Of a stretch of DNA of 64,000 nucleotides, positions 52,167 to 62,960 are shown one piece after another. Source of the stretch: Candidatus Dojkabacteria bacterium (GTDB lineage: Bacteria; Patescibacteriota; Dojkabacteria; JAOAGR01); contig AP026679.1 in the NCBI GenBank assembly GCA_025999155.1, forward strand, positions 291,996-355,995, given 5' to 3'. Positions within the stretch are counted from its first letter, which is position 1. Every line of letters begins with the position of its first letter. The notes beneath the pieces are model-generated. The model did no database searches and was not told where the DNA came from. It saw only the letters and a program-made list of their open reading frames with translations. The position numbers were made by a program, and so were the translations under genes.

Positions 52167-54533
52167 CTATAAATGCTCAGAATACATCATTGGTATCTCA
52201 TACTTCCCATCTTCTACAAGATTTTGCCAGATTTCCTCCGTTATAAACGGAATAAACGGATGAAGCATTTTCAGATATGACTTCAAACTATAAAACAAAA
52301 CTATTTGGGCGGCTTTGCGAGATTCATGATCAGAAGCATTCTCAGCATTTACTTTAACTCTGGATTTGACACTCTCAAGATACACATCACAAAATGTATG
52401 CCAGAAACTAGCATATAATTTTTCTGTAATCTTACCAAACCTAAAATTATCAAAACTGCTATGAAATTCGTGATCAAGTTTATCTAAATGATCTAACATA
52501 TCCAAATCTTCCTGACTAAATTCAATTGTCCCTTCGAATCTATTACGCAGCTCAGTAACGGACTTTATGCTGTTAATACTAGATATATCCAGATCCCCAA
52601 TATTCATCATTACAAATTTTGAAGCATTCCATATTTTATTATTGAAATTACGAAAAGTCTTCAAAGTAGCTTCTGTAATAGCATAATCGCGTCCTGCTCG
52701 GTTTTGATAGTAACAATTCATTCGAAACGCATCCACCCCATAATTTTCTATAATCTTGTCAATAGGTACAAAATTTCCTCGTGACTTACTCATTTTTTGA
52801 CCGTCGGTACCCTTTACTAAACCAGTCAAATATAAGTTTTTAAACGGAGGTTTATTAGTCTTATAAATACCAAACAAAATCATAAATAAGTCCCATTTTA
52901 TCAATAAATCGTATCCTGAAACCAACACATCAGTAGGATATGCAACATCCATCAACCCATGAGTACTTAGACAAATTAATGGCCATTGACCCGAACTAAA
53001 CCATGTATCCAAAATATTTTCGTCCTGTATCCAACCATCTCCCGGAGATTCTATTTGGACTCTCATTTGATCCGGATTATTAGGATCTAAGTCCTCCCAA
53101 TCTCCTGCTATATTGATACGTACTCTCACCTTTCCACTGTCATCGATAAACTCCTCTACTACACCTCGATACCATACTGGAAGACGATAACCCCACCATA
53201 AATTACGAGATATAGCCCAATCCCTTAGATTAGTCACCCACGATATATATTTATTTGCGGCATATTTTGGATATATCCTAAGTTCGCCTGTCTTTATTAT
53301 ATCTAGCATCCTTTGCTTGAATCTAGAGACACTGATAAACCATTGCGAAGCCATCAATGGTTCGATGACAGCTCCAGTCCTTTCACTTACCAATATGTTT
53401 TGTGTTATCTCTTCCTCTTTAACCAGTAAGCCTAAGTGTCTTAAATCCTCAACTATCACCTCACGTGCTTCTTTTGTTGTAAGACCCTTGTATTTATCTG
53501 GTATGGGGCCACAAAGTCTTGCATTATGATCAATGATATTAACATAATCTATAATAACCTTATCGGCATTTAGCAAATCTTCCTGGCTCTTATTCCATTC
53601 AAGCATGATTTCATAATCCTCGGAGGAATGAGCAGGCGTTAATTTTAAAACTCCAGTACCAAAATCCTTCTCTACTCGACCGCTAGTGATAATAGGAATT
53701 TCTCGATTGACTATTGGTAGTATAGCTTTCCGACCTACTAAAGACTTATATCTATCATCCGTTGGATTGACTACCACTCCTGTATCTCCTAGCATCGTTT
53801 CTGGGCGAGTTGTAGCTATCACCAAATGATCAATACCCAACGAGTTAGAAACTAAAGGATATTTGATGTAATACAGTTTACCTTGTACTTTTTTTCTCTC
53901 GCACTGTGAATCTGATATTGCGCTTTGAGATTTCGTATCCCAATTGACTATTCTCACACCTCTATAAATTAGTCCATCCTTATACATCTGTACAAAAGTA
54001 GATAAAACTTCATTTATTACTTTCGGATCCATGGTGTACAGGTCCCTATCAAAATCTGCCGATAGACCTACTCTTTGTTCATCGTCTCGAATCAACTGAA
54101 TAAAATGCTGCTGATTTTGATACACTTGGTTAAAGAATTCCTCTCTAGTAAAGTCGAACTTTGATTTACCTTGAGGCTCTAAAAAGTACTTTATATAAGA
54201 TACTTCCCCTTCTATTCCTGCGTGATCTTTACCTGGAATGAGTAATACTCGGTTTCCCAACATACGCTGGAACCTTCCCATAGCATCCATATACTGATAC
54301 CCCGATAAATTACCCATATGAGGCCTATCATAAGCATTCGGCGGAGGACATACCAACGTCCATTTTGGAGTTGAATCTCGTGTATATTCTTCAAAATTAT
54401 CTACTTTGCGTGTTTTCGGATTAAACTCAGGCTTAAAAAAAGGTCCACTATACCAAAACTTTAAAATTTTGTTCTCTGTATCCTTGAAGTTATACTGTCC
54501 TTGAGGTAATTGTTTCATACTTGTAATTATCAA
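52167..54533 (-). CDS. valS: valine--tRNA ligase (compact, no C-terminal coiled coil)
   Basis: PPPNAYDRPHMGN (ValRS PPPN..HMGH region), KMSKS, editing/CP1 insertion; 788 aa. Confidence 0.8.
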   Translation of the reverse strand: MIITSMKQLPQGQYNFKDTENKILKFWYSGPFFKPEFNPKTRKVDNFEEYTRDSTPKWTLVCPPPNAYDRPHMGNLSGYQYMDAMGRFQRMLGNRVLLIPGKDHAGIEGEVSYIKYFLEPQGKSKFDFTREEFFNQVYQNQQHFIQLIRDDEQRVGLSADFDRDLYTMDPKVINEVLSTFVQMYKDGLIYRGVRIVNWDTKSQSAISDSQCERKKVQGKLYYIKYPLVSNSLGIDHLVIATTRPETMLGDTGVVVNPTDDRYKSLVGRKAILPIVNREIPIITSGRVEKDFGTGVLKLTPAHSSEDYEIMLEWNKSQEDLLNADKVIIDYVNIIDHNARLCGPIPDKYKGLTTKEAREVIVEDLRHLGLLVKEEEITQNILVSERTGAVIEPLMASQWFISVSRFKQRMLDIIKTGELRIYPKYAANKYISWVTNLRDWAISRNLWWGYRLPVWYRGVVEEFIDDSGKVRVRINIAGDWEDLDPNNPDQMRVQIESPGDGWIQDENILDTWFSSGQWPLICLSTHGLMDVAYPTDVLVSGYDLLIKWDLFMILFGIYKTNKPPFKNLYLTGLVKGTDGQKMSKSRGNFVPIDKIIENYGVDAFRMNCYYQNRAGRDYAITEATLKTFRNFNNKIWNASKFVMMNIGDLDISSINSIKSVTELRNRFEGTIEFSQEDLDMLDHLDKLDHEFHSSFDNFRFGKITEKLYASFWHTFCDVYLESVKSRVKVNAENASDHESRKAAQIVLFYSLKSYLKMLHPFIPFITEEIWQNLVEDGKYEIPMMYSEHL

Positions 54534-54715
54534 ACTTTTATGACAAAAGTTAAAAATACAACCTACACTTATCGCATCAAATTCAACAAATATGCTATCC
54601 TAACGGCACCACTACCTACCAACATCATGACAGCCCAAATATGTAATATTGCTTTAAAGCGCATTTTACCATAAAAATCTGTACATACAAACGAAAGAGA
54701 TACAATACACTTCAT

Positions 54716-55447
54716 CTAATCTAACAAACTTTCCAATTCCATCAATTGTTCCGGAGTATTAACTCCCAAGACTTCACGAGAGTGTGTCGCAGTGAACGCG
54801 CATACCTTATAACCTTTATTTACAAGAATCTCAATAGCGTCTGTCAAATAATATTCTCCTTTGGCATTATTATTTTTAATCTGATCTAATACATCAAATA
54901 AATAACGTCCATCAAATACCATTATACCTGAATTGATTTCTTTGATGAGTTTTTCATCATCTGTAGCATCCTTTTCCTCGACAATTTTTCGAATACTGCC
55001 GTCATGATATCGTACAATTCTTCCGTAATTGAAAGGAACATCTAATACGGCAGTCAGGACGGTACAGGCAGCTTTTTTGTCGGCGTGAAAACGCAATAAA
55101 TTTGTTAAGGTCTCTAATGATATGAGAGGCACATCCCCTAATAAAATTAAAATATTCCCCTCGAAGTCTTTCAATAAAGGCTGTGTCGCTTTGACAGCAT
55201 GCCCGGTGCCTAATTGTTCTGTTTGTATAGCATATTCTAAATTATGAAATTTACTAGTTGCTTGTATCACGTCATCTTTTTTATAACCCACTACAAGAAT
55301 AAGCTTTCTTGGATTAAGTTGAGATGCCGCTTCAATCGTGTACTCAATCATAGGTTTACCCTTGAGAGCGTGTAGTACTTTCGGTAACTCTGAACGCATC
55401 CTCGTACCCTTGCCAGCAGCTAATATTACAATACCGATATTCTCCAT
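54716..55447 (-). CDS. sugar-1-phosphate nucleotidyltransferase resembling the GlmU N-terminal (UDP-GlcNAc pyrophosphorylase) domain only
   Basis: GIVILAAGKGTRMRS.LPKVLH signature; no left-handed beta-helix acetyltransferase domain; start placed at MENIG. Confidence 0.7.
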   Translation of the reverse strand: MENIGIVILAAGKGTRMRSELPKVLHALKGKPMIEYTIEAASQLNPRKLILVVGYKKDDVIQATSKFHNLEYAIQTEQLGTGHAVKATQPLLKDFEGNILILLGDVPLISLETLTNLLRFHADKKAACTVLTAVLDVPFNYGRIVRYHDGSIRKIVEEKDATDDEKLIKEINSGIMVFDGRYLFDVLDQIKNNNAKGEYYLTDAIEILVNKGYKVCAFTATHSREVLGVNTPEQLMELESLLD

Positions 55448-55610
55448 TATTCCATTGTATGCGAAAACCCATAAAGCTACAAACTTCAAAGACAACTATA
55501 ATCTAATCCTAAAATCTTTTGTTTAATGATTTACTACTATAAAAATCATAATTTCCGTATAGAGTATAAATTAATATTTTACGAATAGCTATAAATTCCT
55601 ATAATATAAC

Positions 55611-56204
55611 ATGTCTATCTTAGATCTACTCCACACTCATATATGTACGGCCTTTGATAAACAAGTTGCTCTGTCAGAATTCTTAGGTCAGAATTATTTA
55701 TGGGAAATAGATTTGAATAAATGCGTTATAAAATTTTCAGAAACAGCCTATAAGAAAAGAGTTTCACCATCTATACAAGTACTAGGCACAGAGTCCAAAA
55801 TTGATAATTCCTGGTTATGGGCATGGGCAAATCCTGAATTACAAAATCTTCCGAAACTTATCGAGAAATCCCATCAATTAAACACTGTAGGCATAGAAAA
55901 TTCCATCCCGTTGTTGACTAACAGCATAATCGCACTCGATAAATTTCCTTACATCGGACATTTGGTTAGTTTGATAGCGGTATCTTATTTTAACATGTCA
56001 GGTTATTTCCGCGCTGAAATCAAAGATGGCTTCGCCTATGTACTACTAGAAAATTTGCCTTTAGAATTGAAAATAACACCTCAAAAAATCATTAACAACT
56101 TCAACAAACTGACAAAGATTTTTGACTTCGACCATAAACTAGCATTGAGAGTATATCTACCTCATCATGGGTACATCATCGAAGAAGAAACAAACCAACA
56201 ATGA
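55611..56204 (+). CDS. hypothetical protein
   Basis: 197-aa ORF; no motif recognised. Confidence 0.35.
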   Translation: MSILDLLHTHICTAFDKQVALSEFLGQNYLWEIDLNKCVIKFSETAYKKRVSPSIQVLGTESKIDNSWLWAWANPELQNLPKLIEKSHQLNTVGIENSIPLLTNSIIALDKFPYIGHLVSLIAVSYFNMSGYFRAEIKDGFAYVLLENLPLELKITPQKIINNFNKLTKIFDFDHKLALRVYLPHHGYIIEEETNQQ

Positions 56205-56382
56205 ATAGCCAAACATCAATTGAATCCAAGACTAATAATAATTTTTGATGCTGATAACAAAGTCAAAGAAATAAAATTAGCTTGATATATTCGACCACAA
56301 CAACACACAAATCCCCAACCATATTATTTAGAATCACGCAGCTATGCAAGACAATATAGACTAATGGTATAATCTAATGACA

Positions 56383-56456
56383 ATGCCAGATCGTCTAATG
56401 GTAGGACAAGGGACTCTGGATCCCTGTATCTAGGTTCGAATCCTAGTCTGGCAGCC
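56383..56456 (+). tRNA. tRNA-Gln (CTG)
   Basis: U1:A72 first pair and G73 as in bacterial tRNA-Gln; anticodon stem-loop AGGGA-CTCTGGA-TCCCT; T-loop GGTTCGAATCC; CCA encoded. Confidence 0.8.
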
Positions 56457-56569
56457 AGTAATAAGAAATAGGTCGAGATTTAGCGACTGTCTCACAGGCC
56501 TCTGCAACAAGTGTATAAAGTCCGCTTTCTTCTAATTTGCAGTCATCCACCGATTGATTTAAAAATTGA

Positions 56570-57120
56570 TTAATATTCCTGCTTTAGTGTGAATGTGTGT
56601 GTTGCATAGAATTGAGGAATTTTCAAAGGCTGTTTTACCATCTTCATGCTAAAGGATAATATGGTTGGGCTCCGTTTTTCAATGTCCCTTTTCTGTTTTC
56701 TTTTTCGCTTTTTAACGTTGATTATCCTTGACCAATCTAGCCGCTCTTTTTCTGTGCCTTCCAAAAAATAACTCATCAATTCATAGCCTAAAATTTGATT
56801 TTGTTCTTATTTTGTCAATTTATGGACATATTTTTCGTTTAGAAGCAATCACCTTTAATATATTCACTGATGCTGATAGTACGCTGTTGACCATACAGTA
56901 ATGCAGAGCAGCCATCTTCGTGCACCATCCAAATACATCACATTGAGCGGAAAGTTATTTTTGATAGTTTCTATCACGGCATTACGTTGCTTTTCTTTGT
57001 AAAGAAACTCACACTGGTATTTTGATTTTGGTCGAATATCCTGCTTCCTGCCGTAGGCCTCATCATCTTCTTCTGCGTTAGCCTTATAGTTAGCAATTAC
57101 TTCTTTTTAATTACTTTCTC
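56570..57120 (-). pseudogene. degraded ORF fragments of unknown origin (possibly a remnant of an integrated element)
   Basis: minus-strand reading gives ...NYKANAEEDDEAYGRKQDIRPKSKYQCEFLYKEKQRNAVIETIKNNFPLNVMYLDGARRWL... then stops, then a 69-aa very basic piece (KKRKRKQKRDIEKR); lies directly after tRNA-Gln. Confidence 0.25.
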
Positions 57121-57144
57121 TTCGCACGAGAAAAACTTAATAGC

Positions 57145-57690
57145 TTGATGAAGCAAAACCCTCAAACTACGGGACAGATTGAGCAAATTCTCAGGAAATA
57201 TTATCCCATTTCTTTTGACACCGTATGTAATTATTTGTCTCAAAAATCACAAAAATATCCACAGGACTCTATTGTATCTGTAGCGGAGATTAAAAAGTTG
57301 AATCTAGATTTGTTTAATAATTTGCATAGAGATTCGAATAATACCTATTTGTATAATTATCTAAAATCAGATGAAGACATACATGCATTAGACCGCGAAT
57401 TACATCTTCCTCTACCGTATTTTGAAGTACGTTATCCTGGTGTATTAGTAGCGTCATCCTATACATACTCTGCCTGTATACTTGAATTATTATTCACACA
57501 TACTGACCTTAAACTAGACACAATGCTACAATTAAGAACATTAGAAAATCCGATAGAGGCACGAAAAGAAATACGTCAGATAATTGGAGCAAAATTATTC
57601 AAGAGATTGTACCGACTAGACCTGCAATCCCGCGAGCAATGCAAACAAGCTCTACTCGATGTACAAAATCACTTCGGAGTTAGGTTATGA
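57145..57690 (+). CDS. hypothetical protein (paralog 1 of a tandem pair)
   Basis: 181 aa; C-terminus IRQIIGAKLFKRLYRLDLQSREQCKQALLDVQNHF resembles the C-terminus of the next ORF. Confidence 0.4.
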   Translation: MMKQNPQTTGQIEQILRKYYPISFDTVCNYLSQKSQKYPQDSIVSVAEIKKLNLDLFNNLHRDSNNTYLYNYLKSDEDIHALDRELHLPLPYFEVRYPGVLVASSYTYSACILELLFTHTDLKLDTMLQLRTLENPIEARKEIRQIIGAKLFKRLYRLDLQSREQCKQALLDVQNHFGVRL

Positions 57691-58364
57691 TTGGGGAAAT
57701 ACTGATTGCTCTAAAAAGTGAAAATATGCTCCCATACAGCACTGATGATAAATGGAAAAATATATGGGACAAATTACAGAATTTACCAGCCGAAACTCTT
57801 CGGTCTAGCTGTTCAAAACAGGGAATTATTGATTGGTTATTGAGGTTAATACCTACACGTTCACTAGCTACGAATCGTAAGTTAGGCAGTTCAAATACAT
57901 CGACTTACTCTAACATCCCTATAGCATACTTATATCCAGAAGAAATGGCTAAAAATCTACAGCAGCTCATTATCGAACAATTTACCGATCTCCCACTAAG
58001 GGAATATCTTTTACAAACGTTCACATTTGTTAAGGATAGATTATTCAGAGATGATATTCGTGATCCGGGAGATCCAACAAAAACACTCCCACCTCTGATA
58101 TACTGGACTATAAACAGTCGTGGTTTCTCTTTGGTCATTCCAACGTATGCAGCATATGCCGTGAGAATATTAGAAGCAAAATTCCCTGGAGTCCTGACAG
58201 ACTTGCTGGAAGGACTAAACAGCAATAACAAAAAAGAAGTATTAGACCGGATAAGAGACAGAATTGGTCATAAATTGTACGAAGGTTTAGCTGCTCAGGA
58301 TTATTCTAAACAAGGTTTCAATACAGCACTTAGCATGATACGAAAACACACTCGACAAAAGTAG
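57687..58364 (+). CDS. hypothetical protein (paralog 2 of a tandem pair)
   Basis: 225 aa; 4-nt overlap with the upstream ORF; C-terminus IRDRIGHKLYEGLAAQDYSKQGFNTALSMIRKH. Confidence 0.4.
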   Translation: MIGEILIALKSENMLPYSTDDKWKNIWDKLQNLPAETLRSSCSKQGIIDWLLRLIPTRSLATNRKLGSSNTSTYSNIPIAYLYPEEMAKNLQQLIIEQFTDLPLREYLLQTFTFVKDRLFRDDIRDPGDPTKTLPPLIYWTINSRGFSLVIPTYAAYAVRILEAKFPGVLTDLLEGLNSNNKKEVLDRIRDRIGHKLYEGLAAQDYSKQGFNTALSMIRKHTRQK

Positions 58365-58396
58365 TGACAGTCAAACATAATCTTACATTAATCCCC

Positions 58397-59068
58397 CTAT
58401 ACTTCTCTCCCCTTCCCTATCTTATATCTTCTCCAATACAGATAACCTAAAAGTACGACTAGTATACTAGCTATCACTTTAGACACTATACTTGTAATAC
58501 TTTCTAAAGAATCTGCTCCCTGTAAATAGGCAGAGCCCATCTGCCAACCAATAATCAGAAAAATTATATTCCTGACAATTCCTCCACAAAAAAAACTAAC
58601 AAAATAAGAAAGAGGATTTATTCTTAATACACCACAAGACACAGCAATAACCACACTCGGCATGACAGGCACAGATCGCAAAAACATTATTGTCAACTCA
58701 TCTTTTTTAGTACCATCTAATCTTGACTGCAAGTTTTGAATTTCATCCCAACTAACTCCAGTAAACTTCTTAGTTTTGTCAATAACAGGCTTACTTCCGA
58801 AATAACCTACAGCATACATGACATAAGATCCTAAAGTCGCACCAAAGCTCCCGACAATAGCCACTAAAAACATATTAGTGACAAGTCCTACAGAAATATC
58901 ATTATAATGTCCTAATAAAGCCGCTCCTGACGACATCATAACAAGAGGAGAAGGAATAGGTGCGATAATTTCTTCTACAGCCGACCCAATAAATACACCT
59001 AGTAAACCGTACTTAGCGATAATCTCCAAAACCCAATCTATAATATTTTTCACGATCTCCATGGTCAA
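58397..59068 (-). CDS. DedA/SNARE-associated (TVP38) family membrane protein
   Basis: VFIGSAVEEIIAPIPSPLVMMSSGA DedA signature, multi-TM. Confidence 0.75.
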   Translation of the reverse strand: MTMEIVKNIIDWVLEIIAKYGLLGVFIGSAVEEIIAPIPSPLVMMSSGAALLGHYNDISVGLVTNMFLVAIVGSFGATLGSYVMYAVGYFGSKPVIDKTKKFTGVSWDEIQNLQSRLDGTKKDELTIMFLRSVPVMPSVVIAVSCGVLRINPLSYFVSFFCGGIVRNIIFLIIGWQMGSAYLQGADSLESITSIVSKVIASILVVLLGYLYWRRYKIGKGREV

Positions 59069-59104
59069 AATGATACACGATATTATGTTTTTGCAAAATT
59101 ATTC

Positions 59105-59797
59105 TCACTTGACTGAGAATGATGCATCCCATTTTCGAAATAATGCTGCAGTTGCTAGTACATCTCCATAACAATATCGAGCAACCTCAAGACCCTTGCC
59201 TTCTTTTATCATTGTCGTAACATCATATCCACACATCGTTTCTTTTGGACTTTTTATACCAAAAGCCTTGCAATAGAAATCTAAATTAAACCTTTTAATT
59301 GTGCCGTTAAATGTCAACTCTTCAAGAAGATCTATATGTGGATTAAATCCATTTGAAGTACGAAATCTAGGTGTCATAAGTTCAATCGAACATTTAACCC
59401 CTAAAATTGCTGATCGAATCCGAATAAACGGAATATCAAACGCTCTACCATTAAATGTAATATATCTGTCGTACTTTACTATAGTCTCCCAAAAATGTTC
59501 TAATATTTCCTTTTCATCACAAGCATAGTATTTCACATTTTCTTCCTCAAATTCGCTTGTTTCAAACTCTCCTAGACTCGGAGTATAAAAAACTGCCCCT
59601 CTATCTGAATCAACGTTATACATAGCAACGGTGACTATTTTACCCGTAAGTGGATATAGTCCCAATCCCTCCTTTATTAAACGTATTTCTTCATCATCTT
59701 TTGCGTACTTGATTAAATACTCTTGCTGTACCTGATCTAGATCTTTATCGAAATCCAGCCCTACTGTTTCTATATCAAAAACTACTCTGCTTAACAT
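59105..59797 (-). CDS. DEDDy 3'-5' exonuclease, PolB-exonuclease-like (PF10108-type)
   Basis: Exo I FDIETVGLD, Exo II FNGRAFDIPF, Exo III YCYGDVLAT. Confidence 0.65.
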   Translation of the reverse strand: MLSRVVFDIETVGLDFDKDLDQVQQEYLIKYAKDDEEIRLIKEGLGLYPLTGKIVTVAMYNVDSDRGAVFYTPSLGEFETSEFEEENVKYYACDEKEILEHFWETIVKYDRYITFNGRAFDIPFIRIRSAILGVKCSIELMTPRFRTSNGFNPHIDLLEELTFNGTIKRFNLDFYCKAFGIKSPKETMCGYDVTTMIKEGKGLEVARYCYGDVLATAALFRKWDASFSVK

Positions 59798-59912
59798 AAG
59801 TCAATTATATTTATATCACCATAATCAAACAAAATTTTAATTAACAAACAAAAATATATCTACAATCGTAAAAATGCAAATTTAAAACGACTTTGTAAGT
59901 AAATGATTCTAC

Positions 59913-60392
59913 TTACTCACTAAATAATAGCATGAACCAAGTTTGCCAATTTGATCTGGCTGTATTTTCTTTATCATATTGACCACTAGCGGGAGTAGGC
60001 AATACTGTAGGATTAGGTTTTTCGATCAAATAAATTGCCTCACCAGGTTTTTTATAACCTAACGACCGATATAAAGATTCTGTCTCAGATTCACTAGCAA
60101 TAGCTTCATTTTCTTTTCTTAATATCCTGTTCTCATTTTCAAGCTCATTTACTTGTTGATACAAAAGCTGCAATCTATTCTCTGCCTGATAACCCTCCTC
60201 AAGAGAATTCAATAATCTCATCCCAAAGAAACTTATGATGAAAAAGAACACAAGAAACCAACCTAAAAGTTTTAATGGTTCGATCTCATTTGTCCCAATT
60301 TTTGCCCTGAGACGCTTCCACAGAAGATTGTGTCTATACACTATCATGAATATGCTAAATATATTACTTTTTACATGATATTTAAATGCCAA
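59913..60392 (-). CDS. septum formation initiator-like (FtsB/DivIC family) membrane coiled-coil protein
   Basis: single TM followed by a leucine-zipper-like coiled coil (LQLLYQQVNELENENRILRKENEAI). Confidence 0.45.
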   Translation of the reverse strand: MAFKYHVKSNIFSIFMIVYRHNLLWKRLRAKIGTNEIEPLKLLGWFLVFFFIISFFGMRLLNSLEEGYQAENRLQLLYQQVNELENENRILRKENEAIASESETESLYRSLGYKKPGEAIYLIEKPNPTVLPTPASGQYDKENTARSNWQTWFMLLFSE

Positions 60393-60512
60393 ATAAAAAA
60401 TCCTCTCTGTATCAGAGAGGATTTCGGTAAAAGAAGCCTGTATGATGATACCACAACACGCACATAATGCAATTAACCTATATCCTTACTATACAGCAGC
60501 GTGAACACGAGT

Positions 60513-60878
60513 TTATTTCCGGTAATTTCGTGAAACCAGTAGCTCAAAAAAACTAAATACGACGAATAAAGCGGCGAAAACTTGTATATCCAAAATCCCA
60601 TATATTTTGAGCATCACCAAAACAAAACTAAATATGCCAAAAACAAAAGCTCGCTTCACATAGACTTTTGTAATAATATCTTCATATAAATGTAGGTACC
60701 AATAAGCTAAAACCTGCAGGACCGCAAACAACGACCCTAACAAAACGCTTGTATTCAATGCAAAAATAAAAACATGTACATTATTCAAAAGACCACTATG
60801 ATTAATCGGATTCAACAAAAAAATAATTAATATTTCAACAATCAATGAAACAATAAACACAACTAACGTGATAAACAT
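60513..60878 (-). CDS. hypothetical polytopic membrane protein
   Basis: 121 aa, 4 predicted TM helices. Confidence 0.35.
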   Translation of the reverse strand: MFITLVVFIVSLIVEILIIFLLNPINHSGLLNNVHVFIFALNTSVLLGSLFAVLQVLAYWYLHLYEDIITKVYVKRAFVFGIFSFVLVMLKIYGILDIQVFAALFVVFSFFELLVSRNYRK

Positions 60879-61043
60879 ACTCTCTTTTCCTGATATTTAT
60901 TAGCTTAGTAGAATATTATTAACAATCCCGAATAAATCCAAGTCCTTTTGTTATAAAAGACAGTTTCGAAAAGTCAATACCCCAAAACGTACAGAATTTT
61001 TAGTCCTTCGATATATTGCCCACAGCCATAAAACTTCTTTAAA

Positions 61044-61439
61044 TTAATCACGAATCAGCAGCGGAACAAGATCATCAGGAACAGCCATCACCGACAGCCG
61101 AGGATTTCTGACCAGCAGAAAATCGCGAAATAAAATATTAGATTTAATCTCTTTTAGAAAAACAGGAGTTTTAAATTTTCTCTCGAACATTATCTCTACT
61201 GCATATGAGGGACGAGGAGCGTTCAAATCTTGAAAAGGCTCGCTACATACACTGCACATACCCACAATAGCTTTATCTTTTTGAGAATGATAAATCAACA
61301 CCTTATCACCAGTCTTCATTGATTTGATAAAATTAATAGCCTGAAAATTATATACCCCATCCCAAATAGTTTTTAACTCTCGAGCTAAATCGTCTATTGA
61401 GTAACAGTCTGGATCTGTTTTAAACAAAAAATATCTCAT
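61044..61439 (-). CDS. EVE (PUA-like) domain protein
   Basis: MRYFLFKTDPD...W.GV.N.QA.NF...K.GDKVLIYHS pattern of EVE/DUF55. Confidence 0.7.
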   Translation of the reverse strand: MRYFLFKTDPDCYSIDDLARELKTIWDGVYNFQAINFIKSMKTGDKVLIYHSQKDKAIVGMCSVCSEPFQDLNAPRPSYAVEIMFERKFKTPVFLKEIKSNILFRDFLLVRNPRLSVMAVPDDLVPLLIRD

Positions 61440-61481
61440 ACATGCTATTCATTTGTATCATTAATACTTTACCGTATAATT

Positions 61482-62960
61482 GTGAGAATGAAAAGTGAAT
61501 TTCCTGAAACTAAACTTACAAGATTGGGCAAGAAGCTAGGATGGCTTTTTTCACCTCTTCTATTTATCTCCTTACTCACATTTACCATTTTTTCTGTGAA
61601 TAATATAAGAATCGATTTTAATTCTGCAAAAATCGAGGAAATGGATTATATACATCTTCGTGATGTATCTAACTTTGATGTCTATCTAGACGACAAAAAA
61701 ATAGGTACGACTTCTCAAGTATTAGCTTTGCCACGAAAAGAAAACAGTAGTCATCCATTTAAGATCTATATAAAAACAAACGATAATCGATTCTGGGAAA
61801 AGACGATCAAATTTCAAAAAGGCTTCGTTTCAGTATACTACCCAATTCTCTACCCTCAGACTCTAGATTTTAAAGATCAGAGTATCGAAGCTAAGGCAGT
61901 TTATCCTACATCAAACCCGAACGTTTTTTTTTACGAGAAAATAGAAAATAACAGATTAATGCTTTATCGCTATTCTATCTCAAGATTAATTTTTAGACTC
62001 AATATCAAAAACGAGCAATTTATAGATTTAACCAGTATACTTAAACCAGATAATGTACTCAGACCAAAAAAAATACTTCCTAGTCATCTAGGCACACACG
62101 TTGCTATCATCATACCAAAAGAGAAAATATACATTATCCAAGAAGATGCAAGAGTATCAGAATTACCTGGTTACATCCCGCACGAAGATGACGAATATTA
62201 TTGGTCTCCAGACAACTCCTACTTTGTAATCCAAAATAATAGAGAAATACTTTCACGTAATATATCAACCAACACAACTCACTCCATATATAAACAAACA
62301 ACTCCTGAGGAAAGAGCCTCCATACACTTTTGTGCTGATGATTTTATTGTATACTCAGTCATACGACCAGAAAATATCGATCTAGTACAAAATACATATT
62401 TTGGTAATAACCCACAACAAATTGACATTCCCAATTTTGATAATATCAGGCGAAATAACCTATTAAAAGCATACAATTTTCTTAAAAAACAAAATATTAT
62501 CCTCATCCAAACTGAAACAAATATTTATACATTTAATCTTGCAAACTACGAACTTAGGAAATTCAATCTATATCCCAACGAAAAAATCGTTTATTTAGAC
62601 AGTGATAATCAAGTCATACTGACAAATAATACTTTGTCTCCCAATCAGTTTCGTTATTATAACTTAGATAGAAACGAGAACACCTCATTGTCTATCAATG
62701 GTATAAATCATGATGAGACACCCGCACGAATCATAGGATATAATTACAGTCAAAATCTTTTTATAGAGTATTCTGACAAACTCATCTTATCTGACATCAA
62801 TGGAGAAAATCAAAAGGAAATCGCAAAATCAACAAAACTAGATTCCATACTCACAGCAATCAAAGAAAATCGTGAGGTATTGCTAGGAATGATTGTGTTA
62901 AACCAACAAACTGAATCCCCAAACAAATTGCTGATTAATATTGAAATATTTGATATTTAG
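61482..62960 (+). CDS. hypothetical N-terminally anchored beta-rich extracytoplasmic protein
   Basis: 492 aa, N-terminal TM, Y/N-rich repetitive beta-strand-like segments; no motif recognised. Confidence 0.4.
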   Translation: MRMKSEFPETKLTRLGKKLGWLFSPLLFISLLTFTIFSVNNIRIDFNSAKIEEMDYIHLRDVSNFDVYLDDKKIGTTSQVLALPRKENSSHPFKIYIKTNDNRFWEKTIKFQKGFVSVYYPILYPQTLDFKDQSIEAKAVYPTSNPNVFFYEKIENNRLMLYRYSISRLIFRLNIKNEQFIDLTSILKPDNVLRPKKILPSHLGTHVAIIIPKEKIYIIQEDARVSELPGYIPHEDDEYYWSPDNSYFVIQNNREILSRNISTNTTHSIYKQTTPEERASIHFCADDFIVYSVIRPENIDLVQNTYFGNNPQQIDIPNFDNIRRNNLLKAYNFLKKQNIILIQTETNIYTFNLANYELRKFNLYPNEKIVYLDSDNQVILTNNTLSPNQFRYYNLDRNENTSLSINGINHDETPARIIGYNYSQNLFIEYSDKLILSDINGENQKEIAKSTKLDSILTAIKENREVLLGMIVLNQQTESPNKLLINIEIFDI

